Assembly: GCA_965198115.1 (NCBI GenBank)
Contig: OZ240241.1
Location: forward strand, 2,816,001 to 2,880,000
DNA from: Candidatus Latescibacterota bacterium
Lineage (GTDB): Bacteria > Latescibacterota > UBA2968
Reading direction: 5' to 3'
DNA: 64,000 bases
Under the pieces are notes generated by a model. The model was not told where the DNA came from. It saw only the letters and a list, made by a program, of their open reading frames with translations, and made no database searches. The position numbers were made by a program, and so were the translations under genes. Below, piece by piece: positions 63,097-64,000 of the stretch (position 1 is its first letter; each line of letters starts with the position of its first letter).

Positions 63097-63858
63097 CCCG
63101 TAAGAAAGGAGCCCACGATGGAGAAGCTATTTGCAGGGGATGGCGAAGTCAAGGTTGGGTCAGACGTTATGGATTTGGAGACGCGTTTATCGGTGATCCG
63201 GGCGCTGATTCCGCTGGGTCTGGAGGCCGTTGCCGACGTGCTCCAGCAGGAGGTGGAGCAGCTTGCAGGCGTTCGGTATGCGCGTAAGGGTTCAGAGCAG
63301 TCGCATCGTCGATGGGGAAGCCAGAAAGGGTCCGTATATCTGATGGACCAGAAGCTACCGGTGGCCGTTCCCCGTGTGCGCGACGTCGAGGCCGACGCAG
63401 AGGTTTCCCTGGCTGCACACCGGGCTCTACAGACGCCCAAGAAGACGGACGAGGGGCTGTTGCTTCGTGTTCTCAAGGGGATCTCGTGCCGCAACTACAA
63501 GGCCTGTGCCGAATCGGTTCCGGAAGCGTTTGGTATCTCAGCGTCCTCCGTCTCGCGGCGGTTCATCAAAGCCACCGCGAAGAAGCTGAAGCAGTTCCAG
63601 GAACGGCCCCTCGACGACTACGACTTCGTGACCCATGAATCAGTCTGCCGTAACGAGCCTCGAGGAAGGCCTGGAGGAAACCCTGACCCTCCACCGGCTG
63701 GGTATGCTCCCATTCCTGAAACGAAGCTTCCGAACCACCAACTGCATCGAAGCCCTCAACAGCATGACCGGCGAGCTCACTCGGAAGGTCAGACGCTGGA
63801 ACAACTCTCCCCAGAGACACAGATGGGTGGCTGCCGCACTCCTCGACATCGAACCTCG
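63097..63858 (+). mobile_element. Degenerate IS256 type B remnant
   Basis: Similar to 49421-50581; both ends missing; ~400-bp internal deletion near 63634. Confidence 0.85.
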
Positions 63859-64000
63859 TGTTTCCTATGGTTCCCTGCGTTTCCTGTAGAATGCGAGCCC
63901 GGCGAGCCCGGGGATTAATGCCCCAGGGATTAATGCCAGGGCCGTCACGGTGAGAATCTTCCTGAACATCGCTTGTCTCCTCGAAGTTGTCAGGATACGT

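Noticed and set aside
1-64000. CRISPR array, rRNA or prophage
   Set aside because: No regularly spaced repeats with unique spacers, no rRNA-like sequence, and no phage structural or integrase genes seen.

Overview
GC-rich bacterial window. Its gene content (five PhyH-family dioxygenases, two enolase-superfamily dehydratases, two UxuA-like proteins, aldolases, PQQ-propeller proteins, a TonB receptor) resembles marine Latescibacterota/Poribacteria-type genomes; that assignment is inference only. 1-43 kb: catabolic, transport and regulatory genes, mazEF, one ISL3, and a decayed WD40-caspase/RND efflux block. From the housekeeping tRNA-Leu(CAG) at 43446 onward the region is IS-dense: two more ISL3 copies, two IS256-family types, one IS3, and one gene hit by three different ISs. 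The main finding is a 22-tRNA array on the minus strand (56531 to 54558) with its own terminator. It is preceded by an apparent ribosome-controlled attenuator: a 46-codon leader ORF using 19 amino acids, whose last codons form the antiterminator of an intrinsic terminator that ends 2 nt before the first tRNA. Two spacers inside the array hold mini-ORFs enriched in the codons read by the tRNAs immediately downstream (Ser-rich before tRNA-Ser, Lys/Arg-rich before tRNA-Lys and tRNA-Arg). The array also has non-canonical tRNAs: Ile-UAU, Leu without a variable arm, and Thr with one. About 14 frameshifts and 4 in-frame TAGs suggest long-read consensus errors, so single-base claims need read-level confirmation. 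All tRNA folds and coordinates were worked out by eye.
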